Shown: positions 1 to 8,844 of the stretch, piece by piece | Position numbering within the stretch: position 1 is the stretch's first letter | How the letters are laid out: each line of letters begins with the position of its first letter | NCBI RefSeq assembly: GCF_001457615.1 | Contig: NZ_LN831024.1 | Coordinates: forward strand, 3,750,001-3,782,000 | Origin: Pseudomonas aeruginosa | GTDB lineage: Bacteria > Pseudomonadota > Gammaproteobacteria > Pseudomonadales > Pseudomonadaceae | Reading direction: 5' to 3' | DNA length: 32,000 nt | Program-made: the position numbers and the translations under genes | Notes under the pieces: model-generated | Seen by the model: the letters and a program-made list of their open reading frames with translations, nothing else | Database searches by the model: none | Told to the model about the DNA's origin: nothing

Positions 1-242
1 TCGTCGGGGGTCAACCAGGGCGCGGTGCCGACCGGCTCGACCAGGCCCAGTGCCTCGCGCACCAGCTCGGCGGTCTGCTGGGCGCGCACGTAGGGGCTGG
101 CGAGAATCCCGTCCAGCGGCAACCCGGCCAGCCGCGCGGCGCTCTGCAGCACCTCCTTGCGTCCATGGGCGGTCAGGCGCCGCTCGGAATCCCGGCTGGC
201 GTGCGGTTCGGCCTCGCCGTGGCGCAACAGCCAGAGTTTCAC
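1..242 (-). CDS. sixA: Phosphohistidine phosphatase SixA, N-terminal ~80 codons (gene continues past the left window edge)
   Basis: Minus-strand translation from GTG (240-242) reads VKLWLLRHGEAEPHASRDSERRLTAHGRKEVLQSAARLAGLPLDGILASPYVRAQQTAELV... It has the RHG catalytic motif and the layout of SixA-type histidine phosphatases. The GTG overlaps the TGA of the upstream ORF (GTGA, 239-242). It is absent from the ORF track because it is truncated and GTG-initiated. Confidence 0.75.
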   Translation of the reverse strand, partial: MKLWLLRHGEAEPHASRDSERRLTAHGRKEVLQSAARLAGLPLDGILASPYVRAQQTAELVREALGLVEPVGTAPWLTPD

Positions 243-580
243 AACTTCGGCTCTTCGTCGCGCGCCGGGTGCGCGGCGGGCGGCACGCTGTGGGCGGCCT
301 CGCCCTCGGCGGCGCGGGCGCTCGGCCAGTCGGCGAACGGCCAGGGTTTCTCGTCGCTGTGGAAGGTACCGAAACGGCCGATCTGCGCCAGGTACTGGCT
401 GAGGCTGTCGCCGAAAGCCATCAGGCTGCCGTTCGGCGCGCCGTAGATCAGTCGGTAGACCAGTTGGATCACCACCACCGCCCCGAGGAGCAGTTCGGCG
501 ACCTGCCAGACCAGGACGAACAGCAGCATCCAGAGGATGCGGATGGCGATCGATTCGCGTGCTTGCGGGTCTGCGGACAT
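239..580 (-). CDS. Small inner-membrane protein, 113 aa (DUF4389-like by recollection)
   Basis: ORF with a strong SD (GAGGAG at 587-592, 6 nt before the ATG). Hydrophobic N-terminal half (ILWMLLFVLVWQVAELLLGAVVVIQLVY). Packed between gpsA (14-nt gap) and sixA (4-nt overlap) on the same strand. Confidence 0.7.
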   Translation of the reverse strand: MSADPQARESIAIRILWMLLFVLVWQVAELLLGAVVVIQLVYRLIYGAPNGSLMAFGDSLSQYLAQIGRFGTFHSDEKPWPFADWPSARAAEGEAAHSVPPAAHPARDEEPKL

Positions 581-593
581 GGCGGTCTCCTCG

Positions 594-1616
594 TCAGAAG
601 CCGGTGGTGGGAATGAAATCGACGTCGGTCTTCGGCTCGCCGCGCATCAGCAGCTGGATGACCTGCGCCAGGGTGCGGCCTTCGAAGAGGATCGCATGGA
701 GACCGGCGACCAGCGGCATGTACACCTGCATCTCGTCGGACTTTTCCTTGAGTACCTTGAGAGTGTTCACACCCTCCGCGGTCTCGCCCATGCGCGATAC
801 CGCCTCCTCCAGACTGAGCCCCTCGCCGAGGGCGTGGCCGACCTGGTAGTTGCGGCTCTTCGGCGAGGAACAGGTGACGATCAGGTCGCCGACGCCGGCG
901 AGGCCGAGAAAGGTCATCGGGTTGGCACCGAGCTTGACGGCGAACCGGGTCATTTCCGCCAGCGCGCGGGTAATCAGCATGCTGCGGGTGTTCTCGCCCA
1001 TGTCCATCGCCGCGGCCAGGCCGGCCATGATCGCGTAGACGTTCTTCAGCGCACCGCCGAGTTCCACTCCGAAGCGGTCGCGGCTGGCGTAGACGCGGAA
1101 GGTGCGGCCGTGCAGGGCCGCCTGGACGCGGGCGCACAGCTCGTCGTCCTCGCTGGCGACCACCGTGGCGGTCAGCTCGTGCTCTGCGATCTCGCGCGCC
1201 AGGTTCGGGCCGGAAATCACCCCGATGCGGGCTTGCGGGGCGATTTCCTCGAGGATCTCACTCATCAGCTTGAAGGTGTGCGCCTCGATGCCCTTGGTCA
1301 GGCTCACCAGCAGCTTGTCCGTCAATGCCGCCTGATGTGGTTGCAGCACCTTGCGCAGGGCGCTGGAGGGCAAGGCGACGAAGATCAGTTGGCAATCGGC
1401 CAGGGTGCGCTCCAGGTCGGTGACCGGCTCGACCCCGGGATGCACCTTGACCCCTTTCAGGTAGCGCGGGTTCTCGCGTCGGCTGCGGATCGCCTCGGCC
1501 TGCTCCGGGTCGCGCATCCACTGGCGGACCGCCTGGCCGTTCTCGGCCAGCAGGTTGGCGATGGCGGTGCCGAAACTGCCGCCGCCGAGCACGGCAATCG
1601 GTTGCTGCTCTGTCAT
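594..1616 (-). CDS. gpsA: NAD(P)H-dependent glycerol-3-phosphate dehydrogenase
   Basis: 340-aa ORF. N-terminal Rossmann motif [17 protein letters not shown] and full-length GpsA-like sequence (…GPNLAREIA…, …[10 protein letters not shown]…). Confidence 0.95.
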   Translation of the reverse strand: MTEQQPIAVLGGGSFGTAIANLLAENGQAVRQWMRDPEQAEAIRSRRENPRYLKGVKVHPGVEPVTDLERTLADCQLIFVALPSSALRKVLQPHQAALTDKLLVSLTKGIEAHTFKLMSEILEEIAPQARIGVISGPNLAREIAEHELTATVVASEDDELCARVQAALHGRTFRVYASRDRFGVELGGALKNVYAIMAGLAAAMDMGENTRSMLITRALAEMTRFAVKLGANPMTFLGLAGVGDLIVTCSSPKSRNYQVGHALGEGLSLEEAVSRMGETAEGVNTLKVLKEKSDEMQVYMPLVAGLHAILFEGRTLAQVIQLLMRGEPKTDVDFIPTTGF

Positions 1617-1654
1617 GATTCATCCATTTCTGGCCGCCACGCGGCAATCACGCC

Positions 1655-1660
1655 ATTATA
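1655..1660 (-). promoter_or_regulatory. Candidate -10 box for gpsA (TATAAT on the minus strand)
   Basis: Plus-strand ATTATA at 1655-1660 is a perfect TATAAT on the gpsA strand, about 39 nt upstream of the gpsA ATG. No good -35 hexamer is present, so this is tentative. Confidence 0.3.
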
Positions 1661-1661
1661 C

Positions 1662-1681
1662 GGTCGGCCAGCCGGCCGACC
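1662..1681. promoter_or_regulatory. Inverted repeat GGTCGGCC-agcc-GGCCGACC in the gpsA / TonB-receptor divergent region
   Basis: Perfect 8-bp arms with a 4-nt spacer, directly upstream of the candidate gpsA -10 box. Possible operator; function unknown. Confidence 0.3.
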
Positions 1682-1766
1682 AGTCTTGACGCCGGCGCTG
1701 GCAAAAGCCCGCGCCTCGTTTACCATGCCCGGGCTAGACAATACCTATCGAGAACAAGGTCGTTCC

Positions 1767-3875
1767 GTGCCCATCGCTTCACGTGCTCCCGCCTCCCTGA
1801 CCCTGCTGGCCCTGCTGTTCGGCGGCAAGCTCGCGGCCGCCGACCTGTTCAACGATCCCAGCGGCGTTCCCGAAGTATTGACCGCGACACGCCTGAAACA
1901 ATCCCCGGCGGAAGTTCCCGGCAGCATCAGCGTGCTCGACCGCGAGCTGATCGTCGCCAGCGGCGCCCGCGACATTCCCGAACTGATGCGCCTGGTCCCG
2001 GGCATGATGGTCGGCTACCTGTCCGGCAACCAGCCCACGGTCAACTACCACGGCACCAGCATGTCGGGGGCGCGGCGCCTGCAGGTGCTGATCGACGGCC
2101 GCTCGGTGTACCGCCCGGGCCTTGCCAGCGTCGACTGGAGCGACCTGCCGCTGGCCCTCGAGGATGTCGAGCGGATCGAAGTGTTCCGTGGGCCGAATAC
2201 CGTCAGCTACGGCGCCAACGCATTGATGGGGGTGATCAACATCATCACCCGCGCCCCCGGCGAGTCGCCCGGCACGCGCCTGAAGTACACGGCGGGCCAG
2301 CGCGGCATCCGCGACTGGTACGCCAGCCAGAGCATCGCCCTGGAAGACAGCGACTTCCGCCTGTCGCTGTCCGGCCAGGAAGACGACGGCTTCGACCGCG
2401 ACCACGACGGTCACGCCCTGCGCGACGGCCGCCGGCTCAGCCGCTTCAACCTCAACGCCAGCCACAGCCTGGCGCCGAACCAGAGCCTGGAGTGGCAACT
2501 GGCGGCCAAGGAAGGCTCGAACCAGCACCCCTACGCCTACCGCTCGCCGTTTCCCCAGGTTCCCGACGACATCGACAACTCCGATACGCTCGCCCACGAC
2601 TATGCCGGTTCTCTGCGCTGGAATGTCGACCTCGACCCGCGCCACAGCTTCTATATACAAGGCTACGCACAGCACTGGGAGCGCCGGCAGGAATGGAACG
2701 CCTGCGAGGCGGCCATTGCCTTCAGCCCGCAACTGGCGCAGCTCTGGGAACTGAACCCGGACTACCTGCGCAGGTTCGCCGACGATCCGACCCGGCTGCC
2801 GCCCGGCAGCGCCCAGGAGTTGCAACTGGCGACCCAGGTCCTCGACCAGCTACGCAATGGCGGACTGCGTCCGGTCTGCGGACGGGTCGACCGCAACATC
2901 CGGGAAAGCCGCTACGACCTGGAGATGCAGGACACCCTCAGCCTGGGCGACAACCTGCGCCTGCTGAACGGCCTGAGCTACCGCTACGACCAGGCAAACT
3001 CCGAGACCTTCTACGGCGGCAGGGTCAGCAGCCAGATCTGGCGGCTGTTCAGCCAATTGGAGTGGCATGCCGGCGAACACTGGCTGCTGCAGGGCGGGGG
3101 GATGCTCGAAGACGTCGAGGGCTCCGGCAGTTCGTTCAGCCCGCGGCTGGCGGTGAACTACCTGTTCAACCCCCAGCACAGCCTGCGCGCGGTCTATTCG
3201 GAGGCAGTGCGGTCACCGGGCATGTACGAAAACGACGTCGACTGGCGCTACCGAGTCCGCCACCTGACACCGGCGCCCTATGGGCAGAGCGAAGCCTACT
3301 ACTTCGCCAGCGCCCACGGCCCCGGCGACCTGGGCAAGGAACACACCCGTTCGCGCGAGATCGGCTACAACGGTTTTTTCCGCGAGACCGGACTGGCCGT
3401 GGATGTACGCCTGTTCCACGAGGAAATCACCGGACTGATCAGCGATCCGCTCAGCGTCGTCGACTTCAGTCCGGACAACGGCGATCGCATCCGCTTCTCC
3501 GGCGCGGAAGGCCAGCTCGACTGGCGCCTGGGCCTACGCGACCGCCTGCGCGCCACCTACGCCTATCTCGACTACGACGCCACCAGTCGCTACGACCGGC
3601 GCCTGACCGCCCGCCACGGCGGCTCGGCCGGCTGGATGCACGACTGGGGCCAAGGCTGGTCCAGCGCCCTCTTCTATTACGGCGACGATTCGCTCAATGG
3701 ACATCGTTTCGAACGCGTCGACCTGCGCCTGGCCAAGCGCATTACCCTGGGCAAGGCCGCCCTGGAATTGGCCGGCGTGCTCCAACAGCGTCTCGACGAC
3801 CAACCGCTGACGTTTCCCGACAACCGCTACGACAGCCGCCACCTGCTCTACTTCAGCGCCGAGGTGACGTTCTAG
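1767..3875 (+). CDS. TonB-dependent outer-membrane receptor (702 aa from GTG 1767; alternative ATG at 1725 gives 716 aa)
   Basis: Signal peptide (PIASRAPASLTLLALLFGGKLAAA/DLF). Plug-domain sequence (VLTATRLKQSPAEVPGSISVLDRELI…RIEVFRGPNTVSYGANALMGVINIITR). Long beta-barrel region ending in the OMP terminal motif …YFSAEVTF. GTG 1767 has AAGG 7 nt upstream, while ATG 1725 has no SD. The ORF-track entry 537..3875 is an artefactual upstream extension. Confidence 0.85.
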   Translation: MPIASRAPASLTLLALLFGGKLAAADLFNDPSGVPEVLTATRLKQSPAEVPGSISVLDRELIVASGARDIPELMRLVPGMMVGYLSGNQPTVNYHGTSMSGARRLQVLIDGRSVYRPGLASVDWSDLPLALEDVERIEVFRGPNTVSYGANALMGVINIITRAPGESPGTRLKYTAGQRGIRDWYASQSIALEDSDFRLSLSGQEDDGFDRDHDGHALRDGRRLSRFNLNASHSLAPNQSLEWQLAAKEGSNQHPYAYRSPFPQVPDDIDNSDTLAHDYAGSLRWNVDLDPRHSFYIQGYAQHWERRQEWNACEAAIAFSPQLAQLWELNPDYLRRFADDPTRLPPGSAQELQLATQVLDQLRNGGLRPVCGRVDRNIRESRYDLEMQDTLSLGDNLRLLNGLSYRYDQANSETFYGGRVSSQIWRLFSQLEWHAGEHWLLQGGGMLEDVEGSGSSFSPRLAVNYLFNPQHSLRAVYSEAVRSPGMYENDVDWRYRVRHLTPAPYGQSEAYYFASAHGPGDLGKEHTRSREIGYNGFFRETGLAVDVRLFHEEITGLISDPLSVVDFSPDNGDRIRFSGAEGQLDWRLGLRDRLRATYAYLDYDATSRYDRRLTARHGGSAGWMHDWGQGWSSALFYYGDDSLNGHRFERVDLRLAKRITLGKAALELAGVLQQRLDDQPLTFPDNRYDSRHLLYFSAEVTF

Positions 3876-4805
3876 ATGCGTCGCTTGCGCCCCGCCCGTC
3901 GGGCTTTCCAGGCGCTGCTCGCGCTCGTCGTCTGCTGTCTCGCGCATGTCGGCGAGGCCGCGCAACTGGTCCTGGTCAGCGCCAACCAGGGGGCCGCGGT
4001 GAACGCCTTTCGCGACGCCCTGTCGCAGCGACGGCCGCAGGACCAGGTGGAACTGCGCACGCCCGCGGCCCTGGCGGAGGGGATGGTCTTCAACGACGAC
4101 ACCCGCCTGCTCCTGCTCGGCCCCGAGGCCCTGGCCTGGCGCCTGCGCCAGCACCGGGCGCCACCGACCCTGGCGCTGCTGCTCAACCGGGTCGATGGCC
4201 AGCGCCTGCTGCCAGGCGCCAACGGGCATGGCGGACACGGCGTCGGAGGGCTCTGCGTACTCTGGAGCGACCCGCCGGCGGCCCGCCAGCTCCGCCTGGC
4301 GCGCCTGATCCTGCCGGGCATCCAGCGCATCGGCGTGCTCTACGGCAAGGACAGCGAATTCCTCCTCGACGAGCTTCGTCGCGAGGCCCGCAGCCAGGGG
4401 CTCGAGCTGTTCGTCGCCAGCAGCAGCGGCAACGACGACCCGCGCCCGCTGCAGTTCCTGCTCGGCAATAGTGACCTGCTGCTCGGCATCGACGACAAAC
4501 AGCTGTACAACTCGCAGAGCATCAAGAGCCTGCTGCTCGGCAGCTACGCCAAGAACCGCGCGCTGCTCGGACCCACCGCAGCCTTCGTCAAGGCCGGCAG
4601 CCTGGCGAGCAGCTACAGCGACCAGGAGGACTGGCTGGACACCCTCGACGAACTGCTCGGCCAGGCGCCCAGGCACTGGCCCCTCAGCCTCTATCCAGGA
4701 CATTTCAAGGTGCTCGGCAATCGGCAGGTAGCCCGCTCCCTGGGTATCGACCTGGCCAGCGACGCCGACCTCGGCCGGCGCCTCGCCGAAGGAGAAGAAC
4801 CATGA
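3876..4805 (+). CDS. Secreted periplasmic-binding-protein-like protein (ABC_sub_bind / PF04392-like by recollection), orphan
   Basis: 309-aa ORF whose ATG directly follows the receptor stop (TAG ATG, 3873-3878). N-terminal signal peptide (RRAFQALLALVVCCLAHVGEA). Alpha/beta binding-protein-like sequence (…IQRIGVLYGKDSEF…). No permease or ATPase genes are adjacent. Confidence 0.8.
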   Translation: MRRLRPARRAFQALLALVVCCLAHVGEAAQLVLVSANQGAAVNAFRDALSQRRPQDQVELRTPAALAEGMVFNDDTRLLLLGPEALAWRLRQHRAPPTLALLLNRVDGQRLLPGANGHGGHGVGGLCVLWSDPPAARQLRLARLILPGIQRIGVLYGKDSEFLLDELRREARSQGLELFVASSSGNDDPRPLQFLLGNSDLLLGIDDKQLYNSQSIKSLLLGSYAKNRALLGPTAAFVKAGSLASSYSDQEDWLDTLDELLGQAPRHWPLSLYPGHFKVLGNRQVARSLGIDLASDADLGRRLAEGEEP

Positions 4806-6757
4806 GCCAGCGCCACGGCTGGGACATCCGTACCCGCATGCTGGCGATCAGCCTGGGCCCGGCGCTGTTGCTGACCCTGCTGCTCACCGCCTACTTCACC
4901 TACTCCCGCTTGCAGGACCTGCGCCAGGAACTGACCCATACCGGCCAGTTGATCGCCGACCAGTTGGCGCCGGCCGCCGAATACGGCGTGATCGCCGGCA
5001 ACACGCCCGTGCTGCAGAAGCTGCTGCAGGCCACCCTCGACACCCCGCATGTGCGCTTCATCGAGGTACGCGACCGCAACGACAATATCCTGGTGTACGT
5101 CGAACAGTTGTCCGGCGCGTTGCAGAACGCCGCGCCGATCGACATCTTCCACTCCACCATCCAGCGCCAGCGCATCGCCCTGGCCAGCGACCCGCTGCTG
5201 GACGGCGCCAGCGAAGGCGACGGCCAGTCCGGCGAGGACTACCTCGGCCGGGTGGTGGTCGGCATGTCCAACGACGCCTTCAGCCAGCGGCAACAGGAAA
5301 TCCTCCTGAAGGCCGCCCTGCTGGCCGCCTTCGCCCTGATCCTCACCTTCCTCGTCGCGCGCCGCCTGGCGCAGCGCCTGTCGGCGCCGATCAGCACCAT
5401 GGGCCAGGCGGTCGAGGCGATCCAGAGCGGCGACTACAAGACCAGCCTGCCGATCCTCGACGACGGCGAGATCGGCGACCTGGCCCGTCACATCAACAAT
5501 CTCGCCAGCGGGCTGGACCGCGCGAGCCGGGAACAGGAACAGGCGATCGGCCAATTGATCAGCGCCCGCGAGGAAGCGGAGCAGGCGAACCGGGCGAAGT
5601 CCGACTTCCTGGCGATGATGAGCCACGAGCTTCGCACCCCGATGAACGGCGTGCTGGGCATGCTGCAACTGCTGGAAACCACCGAGCAGACCCGCGAACA
5701 GGCCGAGTACACGGCGCTGGCCACCGAGTCCACCGAACACCTGCTGAAGGTCATCAACGACATTCTCGATTTCTCAAGGATCGAACGCGGCGCGCTGGAA
5801 CTGGAGTGCATTCCCTTCAACCTGCTGGAACTGGTGCAAGGCTCCGCCCTGGTGTTCCAGCACAGCGCCCAGCAACGCGGACTGGCGCTGGAATTGCAGA
5901 TCCAGGCCGGCCTGGAGAATATCGAGGTCTGCGGCGATCCGACGCGTATCCGACAGATCCTGGTGAATCTGCTGGGTAATGCGCTGAAATTCACCGAGGA
6001 AGGCGCCATCCATCTCAGCCTGGAGTGGCAGGCGCTCGATCACGACGTACTGTGGCTGACCTGCGCGGTGCACGACAGCGGCATCGGCATCTCGCCGGAA
6101 CGCCTGGAACATATGTTCGACGCCTTCCAGCAGGCGGATTCGTCGATTTCCCGGCGCTACGGCGGCACCGGGCTCGGCCTGGCGATCGCCAGGACGCTGG
6201 CGGAACGGATGGGCGGCACCCTGCAGGCAGAGAGCAAGGAAGGCTCGGGATCGACCTTCACCCTGGAGATTCCGCTGCCCTTCCAGCAGTCGCCGGCGCA
6301 CCGGCAGCAGGCCGCTGGCGACGCCGCCCCGGTCGCCGCCGGTCAGGAAATCCTCCTGGTCGAGGACAATCCGGTGAACCAGACAGTCATAGAAGCCATG
6401 TTGCGCAGCCTCGGCTATCGCGTCACCCTGGTCGCCGACGGTATCCAGGCGGTGCGCAGCGCCGAGCGCCAGCGCTACGACGCGATCCTGATGGACTGCC
6501 GCCTGCCGGTGCTCGACGGCTACTCGGCGACACGGGAAATCAGGGCCCAGGAGAACGGCCGGCGGGTACCGATCATCGCCCTGACCGCCAACGCCCTGCA
6601 GGGCGATCGGGAGAACTGCCTGCAGGCGGGAATGAACGATTACCTGGCCAAGCCATTCAAACGGGCGGAATTGCAACGCATACTGCAACGCTGGATCGGC
6701 TCGCAGCCGGAACTCCCCGTGACGTCGAACGAAACCGGACGAGGGGAGCCGGAATGA
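4802..6757 (+). CDS. Hybrid sensor histidine kinase / response regulator (2 TM + periplasmic loop, HAMP, HisKA, HATPase, REC; no Hpt). Matches P. aeruginosa PA1611 by recollection
   Basis: ATGA start/stop overlap with the upstream gene (4802-4805), with GGAGAAG SD. TM1 at about aa 13-33 and TM2 at about aa 167-186. H-box MSHELRTPMNGVLG. N/G boxes LVNLLGNALKFT, DSGIGI, GGTGLGLAI. Receiver domain ILLVEDNPVNQ…DAILMDCRLPVLDG…ALTANA…KPF. Confidence 0.9.
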   Translation: MSQRHGWDIRTRMLAISLGPALLLTLLLTAYFTYSRLQDLRQELTHTGQLIADQLAPAAEYGVIAGNTPVLQKLLQATLDTPHVRFIEVRDRNDNILVYVEQLSGALQNAAPIDIFHSTIQRQRIALASDPLLDGASEGDGQSGEDYLGRVVVGMSNDAFSQRQQEILLKAALLAAFALILTFLVARRLAQRLSAPISTMGQAVEAIQSGDYKTSLPILDDGEIGDLARHINNLASGLDRASREQEQAIGQLISAREEAEQANRAKSDFLAMMSHELRTPMNGVLGMLQLLETTEQTREQAEYTALATESTEHLLKVINDILDFSRIERGALELECIPFNLLELVQGSALVFQHSAQQRGLALELQIQAGLENIEVCGDPTRIRQILVNLLGNALKFTEEGAIHLSLEWQALDHDVLWLTCAVHDSGIGISPERLEHMFDAFQQADSSISRRYGGTGLGLAIARTLAERMGGTLQAESKEGSGSTFTLEIPLPFQQSPAHRQQAAGDAAPVAAGQEILLVEDNPVNQTVIEAMLRSLGYRVTLVADGIQAVRSAERQRYDAILMDCRLPVLDGYSATREIRAQENGRRVPIIALTANALQGDRENCLQAGMNDYLAKPFKRAELQRILQRWIGSQPELPVTSNETGRGEPE

Positions 6758-6793
6758 TCTACGACAAGGGCGGCAAGCGGACGCGGGAATAAA

Positions 6794-6809
6794 GTGAACA
6801 TCTGTTCGC
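6794..6809. promoter_or_regulatory. Candidate operator upstream of fabAB (GTGAACAtcTGTTCGC; core palindrome GAACA-tc-TGTTC at 6796-6807)
   Basis: Perfect 5+5 inverted repeat about 140 nt upstream of the fabA ATG. A second small repeat GTGA-ctt-TCAC lies at 6818-6828. The shape fits a TetR-type dimer site such as the unsaturated-fatty-acid regulators DesT/FabR. That assignment is inference. Confidence 0.35.
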
Positions 6810-6945
6810 CGGACACTGTGACTTTCACCGCAACGCAACAGTCTATGACTAGGCTGCCGCTGCGACGCCGATACAATAACCCGGCGCGACGGCCGCTGGA
6901 CGAACCGCCACAACCCTGCAGTTCAGGGATTTTTGAGGAGCTCGC

Positions 6946-7461
6946 ATGACCAAACAACACGCCTTCACCCGAGAAGACCTGCTGCGCTGCAGTCGCGGCG
7001 AGCTGTTCGGCCCGGGTAACGCGCAACTTCCCGCCCCCAACATGCTGATGATCGATCGCATCGTTCACATCAGCGATGTCGGCGGCAAGTATGGCAAGGG
7101 CGAGCTGGTCGCCGAGCTGGATATCAACCCGGACCTGTGGTTCTTCGCCTGTCACTTCGAAGGCGATCCGGTCATGCCCGGTTGCCTGGGCCTGGATGCC
7201 ATGTGGCAGCTGGTCGGTTTCTACCTCGGCTGGCAGGGCAACCCCGGCCGCGGCCGCGCCCTGGGTTCGGGCGAAGTGAAGTTCTTCGGTCAGGTTCTGC
7301 CGACAGCGAAGAAGGTCACGTATAACATTCATATCAAGCGCACGATCAATCGTTCGCTGGTCCTGGCCATCGCCGACGGCACCGTCAGCGTCGATGGCCG
7401 CGAAATCTACAGTGCCGAAGGCCTCCGCGTCGGCCTGTTCACCTCCACTGACAGCTTCTAA
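6946..7461 (+). CDS. fabA: 3-hydroxydecanoyl-ACP dehydratase/isomerase
   Basis: 171-aa ORF, GAGGAG SD at 6935-6940. Hallmark sequence [33 protein letters not shown] with the active-site His. Confidence 0.97.
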
Positions 7462-7472
7462 GGGTTATCCGC

Positions 7473-8690
7473 ATGCGTCGCGTCGTTATCACCGGTCTGG
7501 GCATCGTTTCCTGCCTCGGCAATGACAAAGACACCGTTTCCGCCAACCTCCGTGCGGGTCGGCCCGGCATTCGCTTCAATCCGTCCTACGCCGAGATGGG
7601 CCTGCGCAGCCACGTTTCCGGTTCGGTCGACCTGAACCTCGAAGAGCTGATCGATCGCAAGGTCTTCCGCTTCATGGGCGATGCCGCCGCTTACGCCTAC
7701 CTGGCGATGGAGCAGGCGATCAAGGACTCCGGCCTGACTCCGGAACAGATTTCCAACCCCCGCACCGGCCTGATCGCCGGCTCCGGCGGCGCTTCCACCC
7801 TGAACCAGATGGAAGCCATCGATACCCTGCGCGAGAAAGGCGTCAAGCGCATCGGCCCATACCGCGTGACCCGCACCATGGGCAGCACCGTATCGGCCTG
7901 CCTGGCCACGCCGTTCCAGATCAAGGGCGTCAACTACTCGATCTCCTCCGCCTGCGCCACCAGCGCGCATTGCATCGGCCAGGCCATGGAACAGATCCAG
8001 TTGGGCAAGCAGGACGTGGTCTTCGCCGGCGGCGGCGAAGAGGAACACTGGAGCCAGAGCTGCCTGTTCGACGCCATGGGCGCCCTCTCCACCCAGTACA
8101 ACGAGACGCCGGAAAAGGCCTCCCGCGCCTACGACGCCAAGCGTGACGGCTTCGTCATCGCCGGCGGCGGCGGCATGGTGGTGGTCGAGGAGCTGGAGCA
8201 TGCGCTCAAGCGCGGCGCCAAGATCTACGCCGAGATCGTCGGCTACGGCGCCACCTCCGACGGCTACGACATGGTCGCCCCGAGCGGCGAAGGCGCGATC
8301 CGCTGCATGCAGCAGGCGCTGGCCACCGTCGACGCGCCGATCGACTACCTGAACACCCACGGCACCTCCACCCCGGTCGGCGACGTCGCCGAGATCCGAG
8401 GCGTGCGCGAAGTGTTCGGTGACAAGGCGCCGGCCATCAGCTCGACGAAGAGCCTGTCCGGCCACTCGCTGGGCGCCGCCGGCGTGCACGAGGCGATCTA
8501 TTGCCTGCTGATGATGGAGGGCGGCTTCATCGCCGGCTCCGCCAACATCGACGAACTCGACCCGGAAGTGGCCGACCTGCCGATTCTCCGCGAGACCCGC
8601 GAGAACGCCAAGCTCGATACCGTCATGAGCAACAGCTTCGGCTTCGGCGGCACCAACGCCACCCTGGTCCTCAAGCGCTGGCAGGGTTGA
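7473..8690 (+). CDS. fabB: 3-oxoacyl-ACP synthase I (KAS I)
   Basis: 405-aa ORF 11 nt after fabA. Cys-His-His triad contexts [31 protein letters not shown]. Confidence 0.97.
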
Positions 8691-8709
8691 TTCCCTCCAT
8701 CGCCGCATG

Positions 8710-8733
8710 AAGCGCCCTCCGGGGCGCTTTTTT
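8710..8733 (+). terminator. Rho-independent terminator of fabAB
   Basis: AAGCGCCC-tccg-GGGCGCTT perfect 8-bp stem followed by a T-run (TTTTTT), 20 nt after the fabB stop. Confidence 0.8.
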
Positions 8734-8771
8734 GTACCCAGCGTTTCTTTACCCGGACTGCATGAACGGGC

Positions 8772-8798
8772 TAAACCTCCCGCCCTGCCTGCCGATAG
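8772..8798 (+). promoter_or_regulatory. Sigma-28 (FliA)-type promoter for the chemoreceptor gene
   Basis: TAAACCTC-N11-GCCGATAG compared with the enterobacterial FliA consensus TAAAGTTT-N11-GCCGATAA. It lies about 47 nt upstream of the ATG at 8845. Confidence 0.6.
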
Positions 8799-8844
8799 TA
8801 CTGGTCAGCCCCGTCCCTCTTCCTGCCCCCTGGAATCCGCCATC

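Noticed and set aside
1733-1751. Possible Fur box (GACAATACCTATCGAGAAC) upstream of the TonB-dependent receptor
   Set aside because: Only about 10 of 19 positions match GATAATGATAATCATTATC, and the dyad symmetry is absent. This is not enough to call iron regulation.
537-1766. Upstream part of the 1112-aa ORF (537..3875, +)
   Set aside because: It is antisense to gpsA and crosses the gpsA promoter region. The translation is Gly/Arg/Ala-rich shadow sequence. The recognisable receptor begins only at the signal peptide near 1725/1767.
2492-4471. 659-aa alternative-frame ORF (+), and similar long ORFs at 1779..2825(-), 3534..4703(-), 4691..5740(-) and 5774..6913(-)
   Set aside because: These have Arg/Pro/Ala/Gly-dominated translations with no motifs. 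They overlap genes with clear homology in other frames. Such shadow ORFs are typical of a ~66% GC genome.
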